In this document: positions 31,874 to 42,114 of the stretch, piece by piece
How the letters are laid out: each line of letters begins with the position of its first letter
How positions within the stretch are numbered: position 1 is the first letter of the stretch
Origin: an uncultured Alphaproteobacteria bacterium
Lineage (GTDB): Bacteria; Pseudomonadota; Alphaproteobacteria; Rhizobiales; Xanthobacteraceae
DNA length: 64,000 bases
Assembly: GCA_963786015.1 (NCBI GenBank)
Contig: CAWAXO010000009.1
Coordinates: 12,855-76,854, forward strand
Direction of reading: 5' to 3'
Position numbers and translations under genes: made by a program
The notes under the pieces: generated by a model
The model's input: the letters and a program-made list of their open reading frames with translations, nothing else
The model's database searches: none
What the model was told of the DNA's origin: nothing

Positions 31874-32480
31874 AACCTACGTTGTCTAACTGATCCGGCC
31901 ACTCCGCGATGAATCCCCTCGCCTTGTACGGCTCGATCTTGTCCCATTCGGCGAGCACGCGGCGGCGCAATTCCGGATGTGTGTGCCAGAGCGCGCGCGG
32001 TGTCTCGAAGGCATCGACCGTGACCAGCATCTTCTCGACCTCCGGCCAGTGCCGGTGCAGGGTCATCGGATAGCGCCGCGCGGTCCAGGTGTTGCCGAGA
32101 CAGATCACGCTGCGAATGGTCTTGAGCCCGAGCGCGGCGTCGATCACGGGCAGCGAGAAGATCACGTTCTCGCCGGTGTTGGTCGCGCGATGCTCCTCCA
32201 GGATGCGACCGGCGGGAACGCCACCCTCCACCATCAGCGGCTTGATGATCGCGCATTCGGACAGATGCGAGCCCGGCGTCACGCCGCCGCTGACGATCGC
32301 CCAGCGAAACAATCCTTCGCGCCAGAGCCGGCAGGCTTCCGCTGCGCGCAAGCGCTTCGTCCCGACGCGTGCCGAACACGAACAGCAGATCGGCGGGCTT
32401 GAGCGGCGTCTCGATGAGATGCTTGGCGTTGATCTCGGCGATTTCGGCAGCGCTCGGCAGCCGGTCGTGTCGAGGTTCAT
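31869..32480 (-). CDS. YdcF/DUF218 family protein (frameshifted near 5' end)
   Basis: ADLLFVFG, IVSGG, ILEEHRATNTGENVIFS. Confidence 0.8.
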   Translation of the reverse strand: MNLDTTGCRALPKSPRSTPSISSRRRSSPPICCSCSARVGTKRLRAAEACRLWREGLFRWAIVSGGVTPGSHLSECAIIKPLMVEGGVPAGRILEEHRATNTGENVIFSLPVIDAALGLKTIRSVICLGNTWTARRYPMTLHRHWPEVEKMLVTVDAFETPRALWHTHPELRRRVLAEWDKIEPYKARGFIAEWPDQLDNVGS

Positions 32481-32550
32481 CGCGGCACAATGAAGCGCGC
32501 CCACGCGGCTTTCGAACTCACAAATCATTGCGCACGATTGCAGTCGCGCG

Positions 32551-33168
32551 TTACGGCAACAGCCTTTCGGGAATATGCTCGAACGAATAGGCCACGGGCC
32601 GGTTGCGCGTGACGAAGCCGCCGACCTGCCAGGAGAACAGCGCGGCGAAGCCGACCAGAAACGCCGCACCCGCGAACTGGCCGGTCGTCAGCGCACGAAC
32701 CAGAAGCACGGCCATGCCGGTCCCGACCAGCGCCAGCAGCGCAACGGCCGCCGCATAAACCCAGCGCTTAAGCCCGCCCGTCAAAGCGGCCACGCTGCCG
32801 GCCCTCGCCATCCGCTCATGCAGCTCGGTCATGAAGACGCGATAATCGCGGTCCTGCGGCGCCATCAGCGCTGCGGTCTGCCAGGACGTCGAGATCAGGA
32901 CGAGATGTCCGCCGAGGACATGGCGAAGGTCGGCGCGAAAGCGGCGCGCCTGCATCGACACCGGGCGGTATGACAAGCGGATCGCGGTAATGTCCGAATA
33001 GCGCCACAGGCCGGAGCGGCCGGCGAAGCGCCATGACAGTCCGGCGTCGATCAGGTCGAACTGCTGCGCGGCGCCGATCAGCGACGCCTTGTAGCCGTAA
33101 TGCGTCGGCCGCGCATGTTCATCCGGCCCTGTCGCCTGCTCCTGCAAGTTCTCGAATTCCGTTGCCAA
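32551..33168 (-). CDS. Hypothetical membrane protein
   Basis: N-terminal soluble domain plus two C-terminal TM helices ending RNRP..Y....IP.RLLP. Confidence 0.65.
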   Translation of the reverse strand: MATEFENLQEQATGPDEHARPTHYGYKASLIGAAQQFDLIDAGLSWRFAGRSGLWRYSDITAIRLSYRPVSMQARRFRADLRHVLGGHLVLISTSWQTAALMAPQDRDYRVFMTELHERMARAGSVAALTGGLKRWVYAAAVALLALVGTGMAVLLVRALTTGQFAGAAFLVGFAALFSWQVGGFVTRNRPVAYSFEHIPERLLP

Positions 33169-33218
33169 CCGATTGCGCCACCTTGCGATCCGAAGCCGCC
33201 TTATCCTACAAGTGACCC

Positions 33219-33653
33219 ATGGCTGACACGATGTTTTTTCCGCGCCGGCTGATTCTCGGCGGCGCGATGATCTCCGGTGTGCTGCTGGCGCTCGCCGTAC
33301 ACATGCTCGGCGCACGCTATGGCCTCGACCTCGGCGGGCTGTGGCGTTCCGATACGCGCGACTTCATGCCGGCGGGCGCTGCGATCGCGTGGTGGCTGAT
33401 CGCGAGCGTCGGCTTCTCCGGCGGCTATTTCACCGCGTCGCTGATGCACAGCGCGGTCGCGGGACAGATCCCGCAACGCATGCGGCAATTCCTGATCGCG
33501 GTCGGCGTGCTGCTGCTCGCCGGTGCCGGTCAGGAAGCCTCGGCGCCGAGCGCGGCCCCGAGCATTTCGGGCGTGCTGGCCGGGCTCGCCGCGCTATGCC
33601 TCGGCGCAGTCGTAGCGTTTTGCGGCGCGCATTTCGCACTGCGCAAGGCGTAG
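33219..33653 (+). CDS. Hypothetical 4-TM membrane protein
   Basis: Four hydrophobic segments, intact ORF. Confidence 0.7.
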   Translation: MADTMFFPRRLILGGAMISGVLLALAVHMLGARYGLDLGGLWRSDTRDFMPAGAAIAWWLIASVGFSGGYFTASLMHSAVAGQIPQRMRQFLIAVGVLLLAGAGQEASAPSAAPSISGVLAGLAALCLGAVVAFCGAHFALRKA

Positions 33654-33843
33654 CGATAGCCATCCCAATCATCCATCCCGAATCACGACGCGGCCCTCGC
33701 CCGCCGGATCACGGATCGCAGCGACAAGTCGTAACACTGCCGAGATCAACAGCGATTGATGCGCCCCAGCCATGAATGCCTCGGATCGTCCGATCAGCGA
33801 GCCGAGAAGCGCCGCGCGAAGCGTTCGCCCTGAACCAAAAGAG

Positions 33844-33877
33844 AACGTCGCGCGGGCGGCCCCCGCGCGACGTTTTG
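33844..33877. terminator. Hairpin terminator downstream of yciF
   Basis: AACGTCGCGCGGG/CCCGCGCGACGTT. Confidence 0.65.
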
Positions 33878-33903
33878 TCTCAACCCCTCGTTAACCTTGA
33901 TGA

Positions 33904-34410
33904 TCAGCCCGCGGCACGGAGATTGACCTGGCCCTCGGCCAGCGAGGTGAGCTTCTTGTCGGTCATCTTCTCCTCATCAAGCGTCTTCTGAAGAACGCTC
34001 GCGCAATCGCTGCGGCCAAGCTGCCTTGCCCATGCGATCAGGCTGCCATAGCGCACGATCTCGTAGTGTTCGGCGGCCTGCGCTGCGTTGATCAACGCGG
34101 CGTCGAGCACGGCTTTGTCCGCAACCTCGCCTGTGACCTCGTCGGCCTCCTCGATGATGCCGTCGATCGCCGGGCAGTCGACCGCCTTGACCTCGGCGCC
34201 GTGCATCTTGAACACCTGCTCGAGGCGCTCCACATGCGTTTTCGTTTCCTCGAGATGGGTCAGAAAACCCTGCTTCAGTTGCGTATCGGTCGCCTTTTGC
34301 GCCATCTTGGGCAGCGCTTTCACGAGCTGTTTCTCCGCATAATAGATGTCCTGCAATTGATGCAGGAACAGGTCATTCATCGTCTTAATGTCTTTAGTGA
34401 ACAGGCCCAT
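33904..34410 (-). CDS. yciF: YciF/DUF892 ferritin-like stress protein
   Basis: L.DIYYAEKQL.KALPKM, HLEET..HV.RL, AQAAEHYEI..YG.L, L.EEK.TD.KL. Confidence 0.92.
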   Translation of the reverse strand: MGLFTKDIKTMNDLFLHQLQDIYYAEKQLVKALPKMAQKATDTQLKQGFLTHLEETKTHVERLEQVFKMHGAEVKAVDCPAIDGIIEEADEVTGEVADKAVLDAALINAAQAAEHYEIVRYGSLIAWARQLGRSDCASVLQKTLDEEKMTDKKLTSLAEGQVNLRAAG

Positions 34411-34493
34411 GAATGGAGCTCCCTCAAAGTTGGGACCACCAAGCGACTCACTTCCCGATTGCCCGCTCGATGTCCGGTTGCCGATGTTGGGCT

Positions 34494-34518
34494 AACCGGG
34501 CGCCTGCAGCGTTGTTCC
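34494..34518 (-). promoter_or_regulatory. EcfG (general stress sigma) promoter of yciF
   Basis: Minus strand GGAAC-N17-GTT about 85 bp upstream of the ATG. Confidence 0.7.
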
Positions 34519-34841
34519 TGGCAATCGGGCAGGCACCGATGGAACAGCCCAGTCGTGCTCGGCGCGGGGCCAAGGATCGCAGCCAAGGGTGCGGCTAAGC
34601 GTGCGGATGCGTCAAAAGGCCGGAGCTATGCGTCAAAAGAACGTCAAGACTCGTATCCTAGACACCGTCCCCTATCTACGGGTTATGATTGGATACCTAT
34701 CGACGACTGGACCCAGGATTTGTCAAGGACTGCACAAGAACACGTTTTTGCCTTAAGGAACTCCCGCATAGGGAGCGATTAACCGCAGCCTGACCAATGG
34801 TTTCGACGGGCTTCCAGATGTCTGCCCCGCCGGGAGGATGA

Positions 34842-35933
34842 ATGCTAGAATTGCTGACCGCGCTGGGGCGTGGTTTCAAGAAATGGATCGGCTGGAAACG
34901 GCTCGGCGTCGCAGCCAGTCTCGTCATTATCGCCTTCGCGATCACGACGCTGGTGCGCACGCTGAAGGGCGTCGATGCCGGAGTGATCCTGACCGCCCTG
35001 ACCGACATCCCGCCGGGCCACATCGCGCTCGCGGCGCTTTGCGTCGTGTGCGCGTTCTGCACGCTGACGTTCTATGATTTCTTCGCACTGCGAACGATCG
35101 GCAAGAGGCTCGTGCCGTATCGCATTGCCGCGATGTCGAGCTTCACCAGCTATTCGATCGGCCACAACATCGGCGCCACCGTGTTTACCGGCGGCGCCAT
35201 CCGTTTCCGGATCTATTCCGACTATGGGCTGAACGCGATCGACGTCGCCAAGATCTGCTTTCTCTCGGGCCTGACCTTCTGGCTCGGCAATCTCGTCGTG
35301 CTCGGGGTCGGCATGGCCTATCATCCGGACGCAGCCTCCGCGATGGACCTGCTGCCACCCGCCATGAACCGCCTGATCGCGCTCGGCTGTCTGGCCGGCA
35401 TCGCGGCCTATTTCGTCTGGCTGGTGATGGGCAAGAACCGCCGCGAGCTCGGACAGAACGGCTGGAAGGTGGTGCTGCCGTCGGCGCGCCTGACGCTGGT
35501 GCAGGTCCTGATCGGCGTGGTCGATCTCGGTTTCTGCGCAACCGCGATGTATCTGTTGATGCCGATGGAGCCGCAGATCGATTTCATGTCGCTCGCGGTC
35601 GTGTTCATTCTCGCAACGCTGCTCGGCTTCGCGAGCCACGCGCCCGGCAGCCTCGGCGTGTTCGACGCGGCGATGCTGGTGGCGCTGCCGCAGTTCGGGC
35701 GTGAGCAGTTGCTCGCGACGTTGCTGGTGTTCCGCGTGCTGTATTTCGTGATTCCCTTCACCCTCGCCATCTCGATCATGGGGGTCCGCGAGTTCTGGAT
35801 GAGCGTGCTGGTGCCGTGGCAGCAGCGCCGCCGCGCGAACGGCAGGCCTGCGCCTCCAAGCGCCTCCTCCACTCCCGCTCCCGCGCCCGCCACGGTTTCG
35901 CAGCCGGTGCAGCGCCGAAAGGCTCAAGGATAA
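34842..35933 (+). CDS. Lysylphosphatidylglycerol synthase TM domain (UPF0104) protein
   Basis: YD.FAL, G...FTGGAIRFRIYS.YG, SHAPGSLGVFDA, LLVFR.LYF.IPF. Confidence 0.85.
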   Translation: MLELLTALGRGFKKWIGWKRLGVAASLVIIAFAITTLVRTLKGVDAGVILTALTDIPPGHIALAALCVVCAFCTLTFYDFFALRTIGKRLVPYRIAAMSSFTSYSIGHNIGATVFTGGAIRFRIYSDYGLNAIDVAKICFLSGLTFWLGNLVVLGVGMAYHPDAASAMDLLPPAMNRLIALGCLAGIAAYFVWLVMGKNRRELGQNGWKVVLPSARLTLVQVLIGVVDLGFCATAMYLLMPMEPQIDFMSLAVVFILATLLGFASHAPGSLGVFDAAMLVALPQFGREQLLATLLVFRVLYFVIPFTLAISIMGVREFWMSVLVPWQQRRRANGRPAPPSASSTPAPAPATVSQPVQRRKAQG

Positions 35934-36052
35934 CGTCAAAGAGGACGGCTCGGGGATGACGCAGCTCGCGATCACGTGATTTTGGGCCTGCGCGATTTTG
36001 CCTCCGTCGATGCCCCATACTTCCGCCTCAACTGTGACGTCAAACGCGGCCC

Positions 36053-38015
36053 ATGATCCGACTTCGTCCTCGCATCATCGTTTCCGCAGCGCTGCTCGCG
36101 GCGGCGCTGCTCGCAGCTCTGCCCGAACGGCCGGCGGCGGCGCAGGCGGCCGATGGGCCGATGCAGATATCCTGGGAGGTGCGGAACCGTTTCCGCCTGT
36201 TCCGCGAGGAACGTGATTTCCTGCTTCATGTCGAGAGCGCGCGCGACCGCAGCATCCTCGCATCCGAACAGGGGATGGAGATCCAGAGCGACGGCCGCGG
36301 CTGGGCGCGCAACGTGGTCAACCGGCTCTGCATCAACGCGCAGGGACATGTCAGCGAGCCGTGCATGCGTGACAACGTGCAGGAGAGCTACCTGACCCCG
36401 ACGGAACATGCGATCGTCGTTCGCCTGACCGGCGCGGTCCCGGTCGGCGCCACCTGCGCATGGTCATTCGACGATGGCGAAGGCCCGCCGCGGCAACAGA
36501 CCTTCGATTGTGCCGAGCCCGTCAACCTGCGCGTCCGTTATGGCCGCCCGACGGTCACGACCGTCGATGTTTCCAGCGCGGACGCGCCGCAGCGGGTCTC
36601 CACCGAGATCCAGGTCCGCGACATCCTCATTGCCGGCCTCGGCGACAGCATCGCAGCCGGCGAAGGCAATCCCGACCGGCCGATCTCCCTTGCCGAGGAA
36701 GGTTTCTGCTTCCGCTCCTATCTGGGCGGGGCCACTGGGCAATATTATCGGCCGAGCCGCGCCGGCTACAAAGGCGGACGCGCCTGTGAAGCGCCGGACT
36801 CGCTGCAGAACTGGCAGCGTTATTCGGCGCTGTGGCTCAACCCTGCCTGCCACCGCTCGCTCTACAGCTATCAGACCCGCACTGCCCTGGCGCTTGCCGT
36901 GCGCTACCCGCACATCGCGGTCACCTATCTGCCGCTCGCCTGCACCGGCGCGACCATCGCCGACGGCCTGTTCGGCGGCCAGCGCGCGCGGGAATGCCCG
37001 CCGAGCAAGAACGCGACGTGTCAGGTCAGTGTCAACGGGCAGATCGAGGAATTGCGCGAGGCCCTCACCACGGCGCGACGCCGGCAACCGGACCGACAGC
37101 TCGATCTGGTGCTGCTGTCGATCGGCGCCAACGACATCTACTTCTCAGGGCTCGTCGCCGACGTCATCGTCAACACCACCACGGAGCGCACGCTATTCCG
37201 GCGCATCGGCGTCATCGCGTCGGTGGACGATTCGCGCTCCGCGCTGACCCGCGATCTGCCGCAGGGCTTCGCCAAGCTGCGCGACGCGTTGAAGCCGCTG
37301 GTCGGCGGCGACCTCTCGCATGTCGTCTACACGTCCTACGCCAATCCCGCGCTCGCAAACGGCGGCGCGCCCTGCCCCGGCGGGCGGGCGGGCTTCGACA
37401 TCCATCCATCCTTCAACGCCGATCCGCAGCGGCTTTCGACTGTCGTGTCCTATGTGCAGAACGAGTTTCTGCCGCAGCTACGGGCGCTCGCGCTGTGCCA
37501 GGGCGGCGTGCTGTGCCGCGATCCCGCCGCCGACGCGCATGACCTTCGTCGACAGCCATCAGGTCGCCTTCGCCAGTCACGGCTTCTGCGCACGCAGCGA
37601 AGCCGACCCGCCATTCGACCGCGAATGCTTCTCGCCGAAGGGCGAGAGCTTCGATCCCGATATCGTCACGAGTTCCAACCAGCCGATGCTGTGCGGCCGT
37701 AGCGCCAGCGAGTACCGGCCCTATCTGCCGCGCACGCGCTGGATCAGGGACGCCAATGACAGCTACTTCGCGGCCATGACCTATCCGCAGGGCCTGCCCG
37801 CGGCCATGCAACCGACTGACATTCACGACGCGACATGGGGCGTCCTGTCCGCCGTCTATGGTGGCGCGGTGCATCCGTCTGCCGAAGGTCACGCGGTGAT
37901 GGCGGATGCCGCGCTCCCGGCCGCCGCCGCCGTGCTGCGCCTCGACGCCGCCGAACCGCGGATGACCCGCGGCGTACCGCTCGCGCCGCCGGGCGCGCCG
38001 CAGCCGCAGCAGTAA
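36053..38015 (+). CDS. Secreted SGNH/GDSL-like hydrolase (frameshift near 37537)
   Basis: Signal peptide; GLGDSIAAGEGNPD, CHRS, LACTGA, SIGAND, GAVHP..EGH. Confidence 0.75.
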
Positions 38016-38146
38016 ACGCACACCGCCTTTCGAGCCGAAAGAGCTGCTTCCCAACCGGCAATGGCGGGGCGTAGACTTCGACGCACGCGGCTGGCCGCAA
38101 GCGGCTGCGCGACAACAAAACAAAAATCGTCGAAGGGAGAATACCA

Positions 38147-39397
38147 ATGGTTCAACGACTGTCCGGCTCGAGCCGGGCGCGCCTGCTTGCCACCGCCGCC
38201 GCGATCTGTGTTGCCGGCTCTGTTGCTGCGCATGCGCAGTCCGGCGAGCCGATCAAGATCGGCGTGATCGCCGAAGTGCAGTCGATCGCGGGCGCTGCGA
38301 CACCGGGCGGCGCGCAGATTGCGGCTGACGAGATCAACGCCAAGGGCGGCATCCTCGGCCGCAAGATCGAGATCGTCACCTACGACAACAAGAGCTCCTC
38401 GGCCGACTCGGTGCGCGCGTTCCAGCGCGCGGTCTCCGAGGACAAGGTCTCCGCGGTGATCGCCAGCTATATCAGCGAGGTCGTGCTGGCGCTGGAGCCG
38501 TGGGCGGCGCGGCTGAAGATGCCGCTGATCACGCCGGGCGCCGCCTCCAACGAGATCACGAAGGCGATCCATAACGACTATGAGAAGAACAAGTACACCT
38601 TCCACGGTTATCTGACCTCGGCGGCGCAGGCGCAGCTCGTCTGCGACGCGGCCAAGGAGCTCCTGGTCGACAATCTCAAGTTCAAGAGCGTCGCGATCAT
38701 GAGCGAGGACGCCGCTTGGACCAAGCCGCTCGATGTCGGTTTCGAGTCCTGCTTCCCGAAAACCGGAATGAACGTCGTCGAGCATGTGCGCTTCTCGCCC
38801 GACACCACCGACTTCACGCCGATCTTCAACAATATCGAGAGCAAGAAGCCGAACGCGATCGTGACCGGCATTTCGCATGTCGGCGTGCAGCCGACCGTGC
38901 AGTGGAAGAACCAGCAGGTGCCGATCCCGATGTTCGGCATCAGCGCGCAGGCGCTGAGCCCGACCTTCTGGAACGACACCAACGGCGCGGCCGACGGCGT
39001 GCCGTCGCTCGCGGTTGCGACCCCCGACGTCGCGGTGACGCCGAAGACCAAGCCGTTCGCGCAGGCCTTCAAGGCCAAGTTCGGCACGCCGCCGGCCTAT
39101 ACCGGCTACACCGCCTATGACGACGTCTACATCATCGCCGAAGCCATCCAGCGCGCGGGCTCGACCGATCCCGACAAGATGGTCACGGAGATGGAGAAGA
39201 CCAACTTCGAGGGCACGATCGGCCGCATCCAGTTCTACGGCAAGGACGACGAGTTCACCCACGGCATCAAGTCGGGCCCCGGCACGGTCACCGGCCTCGT
39301 CTTCCAGTGGCAGAACGGCAAGCAGGTCACGGTGTGGCCAAAGGCGATCGCCGAAGGGAAATTGAAATTCCCGGACTTCGTGAAACTGTCGCAGTAG
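38147..39397 (+). CDS. ABC transporter substrate-binding protein, LivK/LivJ-like
   Basis: PIKIGV, A.DEINAKGGILGRKIE, DFTP, YD.VY.IAEAI.RAGS.D. Confidence 0.9.
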   Translation: MVQRLSGSSRARLLATAAAICVAGSVAAHAQSGEPIKIGVIAEVQSIAGAATPGGAQIAADEINAKGGILGRKIEIVTYDNKSSSADSVRAFQRAVSEDKVSAVIASYISEVVLALEPWAARLKMPLITPGAASNEITKAIHNDYEKNKYTFHGYLTSAAQAQLVCDAAKELLVDNLKFKSVAIMSEDAAWTKPLDVGFESCFPKTGMNVVEHVRFSPDTTDFTPIFNNIESKKPNAIVTGISHVGVQPTVQWKNQQVPIPMFGISAQALSPTFWNDTNGAADGVPSLAVATPDVAVTPKTKPFAQAFKAKFGTPPAYTGYTAYDDVYIIAEAIQRAGSTDPDKMVTEMEKTNFEGTIGRIQFYGKDDEFTHGIKSGPGTVTGLVFQWQNGKQVTVWPKAIAEGKLKFPDFVKLSQ

Positions 39398-39407
39398 TTG
39401 GGGAAGC

Positions 39408-39530
39408 GTAGGGTGGGCAAAGCGGCTTGTCCGGCGTAGCTCGAAGAGCGTAGACGGAAGCGTGCCCACCAACCATCGTAACGCTGGAAGGAACGGTGGG
39501 CACGGCGCGATGCGCCTTTGCCCACCCTAC
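39408..39530. repeat. GTAG-type REP inverted pair (variant)
   Basis: GTAGGGTGGGCAAAG...CGTGCCCACC ... GGTGGGCACG...CTTTGCCCACCCTAC. Confidence 0.75.
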
Positions 39531-39555
39531 AGAAGATCGCGAAAACATCTCTCCG

Positions 39556-39644
39556 CCGTCATTGCGAGGAGCAGCGCGACGAAGCAATCCAGGCGGCCTC
39601 CGCATCGACAGTCTGGATTGCTTCGCTTGCGCTCGCAATGACGG
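39556..39644. repeat. CGTC-type palindromic element
   Basis: CCGTCATTGCGAG..CGAAGCAATCCAG ... CTGGATTGCTTCG..CTCGCAATGACGG. Confidence 0.8.
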
Positions 39645-39696
39645 GGAGAGGTCATTGCCGGTTTCCGGTCGCTGCTTGTCGATACGGCGCGAATCT

Positions 39697-40680
39697 TCAT
39701 TCGCCCTTGAGGCCTGCCTCGCGGATCAACGCGCTCCACTTGCGCGTCTCGTCATCGATGAACCGGCCGAACTCGGACGCCGTGCCGCCGCGGACTTCCA
39801 GTCCCTGCGCGATCAGCTTCTGCTTCACCTCGGCATTGCCAAGCGCGCGGGTGATCTCATCCTGCATCCGATCGACGATCGGGTGCGGCGTCGCGGCCGG
39901 CGCCATGAAGCCGTACCAGCCGGCGGCGGCCACGCTCGGGAATCCCTGCTCGCGCAAGGTGGGAGCCTCCGGATAGATCGAACTGCGTTCGGCGGACGCC
40001 ACACCAAGGACACGAAACTTGCCGCTCTGGACGTAGGGCAACGCCGTGCTGATCGCGGTCAGCGTGGCGTCGACGCGGCCGGCCAACAGCTCCGTATAGG
40101 CCATGGAGTTGCCGCGGAAAGGAATGTTGAGGCCTTTGACGCCGGCATCCTTGAACAGCAGTTCCGCCGCCAGATGCGGTTGCGAGCCCGCGCCGGGCGA
40201 TGCAAAGGTCAGCCCGTCTTTCTGTGACTTGCCGTAGGCGATCATCTCCTGCAGGTCCTTGAAAGGGGCCTGCGCGCTGACGATGAGAAAGATCGGCGCA
40301 ACGACCGCCATCGCCACCGGTTGCAGATCCTTGCGCTCGTAGTTCAATTTCCCGAACAGCGCCTCGGCGGTCGCATAGGGCGCAGCCGCATAGAGGAATG
40401 TGTAGCCGTCCGGTGTTGCATGCGCGACCGCCTCGTTGGCGAGGCGCGTACCGGCGCCCGGCCTGTTCTCGACAATGAATTGCTGGCCCAGACGGTGTCC
40501 GAACTGCTCGGCGAGAATCCGCAACGAGATGTCGTTGGCTCCGCCCGCACCGTAGGGTGAGATCAGCCGCACCAGACGCGACGGCCAGTTGTCCTGCGCG
40601 AGCGCCGGGACAATCCTGCCGGCGGCGAGACCTGCGGCGGCGCCGAGCAGAGTCCGGCGCGGGATGTTCGTGCATGTCAT
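39697..40680 (-). CDS. Bug/TctC tripartite tricarboxylate transporter substrate-binding protein
   Basis: WPSR.VRLI.PYGAGG.ND...R, IVENRPGAG, PDGYT, PTL.EQG, WYGF.APA.TP. Confidence 0.92.
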   Translation of the reverse strand: MTCTNIPRRTLLGAAAGLAAGRIVPALAQDNWPSRLVRLISPYGAGGANDISLRILAEQFGHRLGQQFIVENRPGAGTRLANEAVAHATPDGYTFLYAAAPYATAEALFGKLNYERKDLQPVAMAVVAPIFLIVSAQAPFKDLQEMIAYGKSQKDGLTFASPGAGSQPHLAAELLFKDAGVKGLNIPFRGNSMAYTELLAGRVDATLTAISTALPYVQSGKFRVLGVASAERSSIYPEAPTLREQGFPSVAAAGWYGFMAPAATPHPIVDRMQDEITRALGNAEVKQKLIAQGLEVRGGTASEFGRFIDDETRKWSALIREAGLKGE

Positions 40681-40735
40681 GGCCCACCTCCGCAATTCTG
40701 TTGGCGGTGCTTGCGCCGGCGTTCACCGCCGAGCC

Positions 40736-41608
40736 CTACGGCGCGTTCATTAGATGACCTTGTTGTACGTCGGCTTCGCTGATGAGCGCGCGGATATTCA
40801 CGGCAAGCGCTGCGATGCGCGGACCTATCTCGGCCTCGAGCTGTCCGGTCAGCAGTCGAAAGGCAGGGATGCCGCAATTGATGGAAAACGATTGCTTCAA
40901 GGCCGGAACGTAGAACAACGGAGCCGCGACGGCGTGGATGGACGGCATGTACTCGCCGACGCAGGCGCAGAATCCGCGCTCCGCGCATCGCCCGATTTCA
41001 GCGCGGTACTTGTCGCGAAGTGCGGACCATGAGTTTGCATCGTCAGCCTCGATGCGCTCTTCCAGGATAGCGGCATCGGCCGCGGGCAGGATCGCGCTCG
41101 CCGCGCGCCCCATCGCGGTGATCGCGACGGGAATCCGCAGGCCGATGTCAGGGACATGCGGCCCGACATCTCCCGACCTCGCCGTCTCGACATAGATCAT
41201 CGACGTGCCGTCGAGCAGGCCGATCGACACGGTCCCGCGGACGCTCTCCGCAAGCTCCTGCATTATCGGCCGCGCCACCTGACGAAACGGCATGGCGGCG
41301 AGAAGCGGCCGAACCATGCGCAGTGCCCGAGGGGCCAGGCGATATTTGGCAAGCCGCTCGTGGTAGACGAGATAGCCGAGCTCCGCGAGCGTGTGCGTCA
41401 ACCGCGCAACCGTCGGCCGCGGAATTCCGGTGCGCGCCGACAGCTCCATGTTGCCGAGCATCGGCGCACCGGCGTCGAACGCCTCAAGCACCACCAGCCC
41501 TTTTGCAAGCGTGGTGGCGAATGCCGCGTCTCCGGCACTCGCCGCCAGCGCCGCTTCTGCGGATGCGAATGCAAAGGAAGCCGGTTTGGTCGAAAGGGCG
41601 CGCGTCAT
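40736..41608 (-). CDS. IclR family transcriptional regulator
   Basis: LAKGL.VLEAF, ELS.RTGIPRPTV.RL..TL..LGY, TAMGRA, IHAVAAP. Confidence 0.9.
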   Translation of the reverse strand: MTRALSTKPASFAFASAEAALAASAGDAAFATTLAKGLVVLEAFDAGAPMLGNMELSARTGIPRPTVARLTHTLAELGYLVYHERLAKYRLAPRALRMVRPLLAAMPFRQVARPIMQELAESVRGTVSIGLLDGTSMIYVETARSGDVGPHVPDIGLRIPVAITAMGRAASAILPAADAAILEERIEADDANSWSALRDKYRAEIGRCAERGFCACVGEYMPSIHAVAAPLFYVPALKQSFSINCGIPAFRLLTGQLEAEIGPRIAALAVNIRALISEADVQQGHLMNAP

Positions 41609-41697
41609 GTCTATTTTATGACGCAGATGGCATCGCGTGTCCATATTGCTTCAAGTGTCGGTAAATTCCGTCCACTATGTGGACATCCCCATCGCCG

Positions 41698-41775
41698 CCG
41701 TCATTGCGAGGAGCGACAGCGACGAAGCAATCCAGACTATCGGGAAGTGTTGTTCGCGTGCCGCTCGCAATGAAG
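41698..41775. repeat. Degenerate CGTC-type palindromic element
   Basis: Left arm nearly identical to 39556; right arm decayed. Confidence 0.65.
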
Positions 41776-41876
41776 TGGAGAGAGCCGCGCGAACGCATCC
41801 CGCCATGCGCAAACTGCCCGTCGTGACGTTGGAAGCGGGATGCGATGGACGCGGGTTGTTAGCCGTTAAAACCATT

Positions 41877-41979
41877 GCGCAGGGAATGCCGGCTGCTCCG
41901 GCGGAAGCCTGTGGTTCTGCCGCGTGCGTTTTGTTGCACGCGGACCATGGGTGCAGCCCGCACCCGGCATTCCCTGCGC
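41877..41979. repeat. Structured non-coding element, copy 1
   Basis: Perfect 16-bp closing stem GCGCAGGGAATGCCGG/CCGGCATTCCCTGCGC enclosing internal hairpins. Confidence 0.7.
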
Positions 41980-42114
41980 CCTCTTAGAAATTCGAGGGTG
42001 AGCGACGCGCGCAAGCGCGCTCACTCAGGACGAGGTCGGAGCAAGCGGCGACACGCCAGACCCTCATGGTGAGGAGGCGCGAAGCGCCGTCTCGAACCAT
42101 GCAGGCCCGTCTCT

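Noticed and set aside
41877-41979. tRNA, riboswitch or group II intron fragment
   Set aside because: No T-loop, anticodon arm or CCA, no riboswitch core and no domain V motif recognised. Kept only as an unidentified structured repeat.
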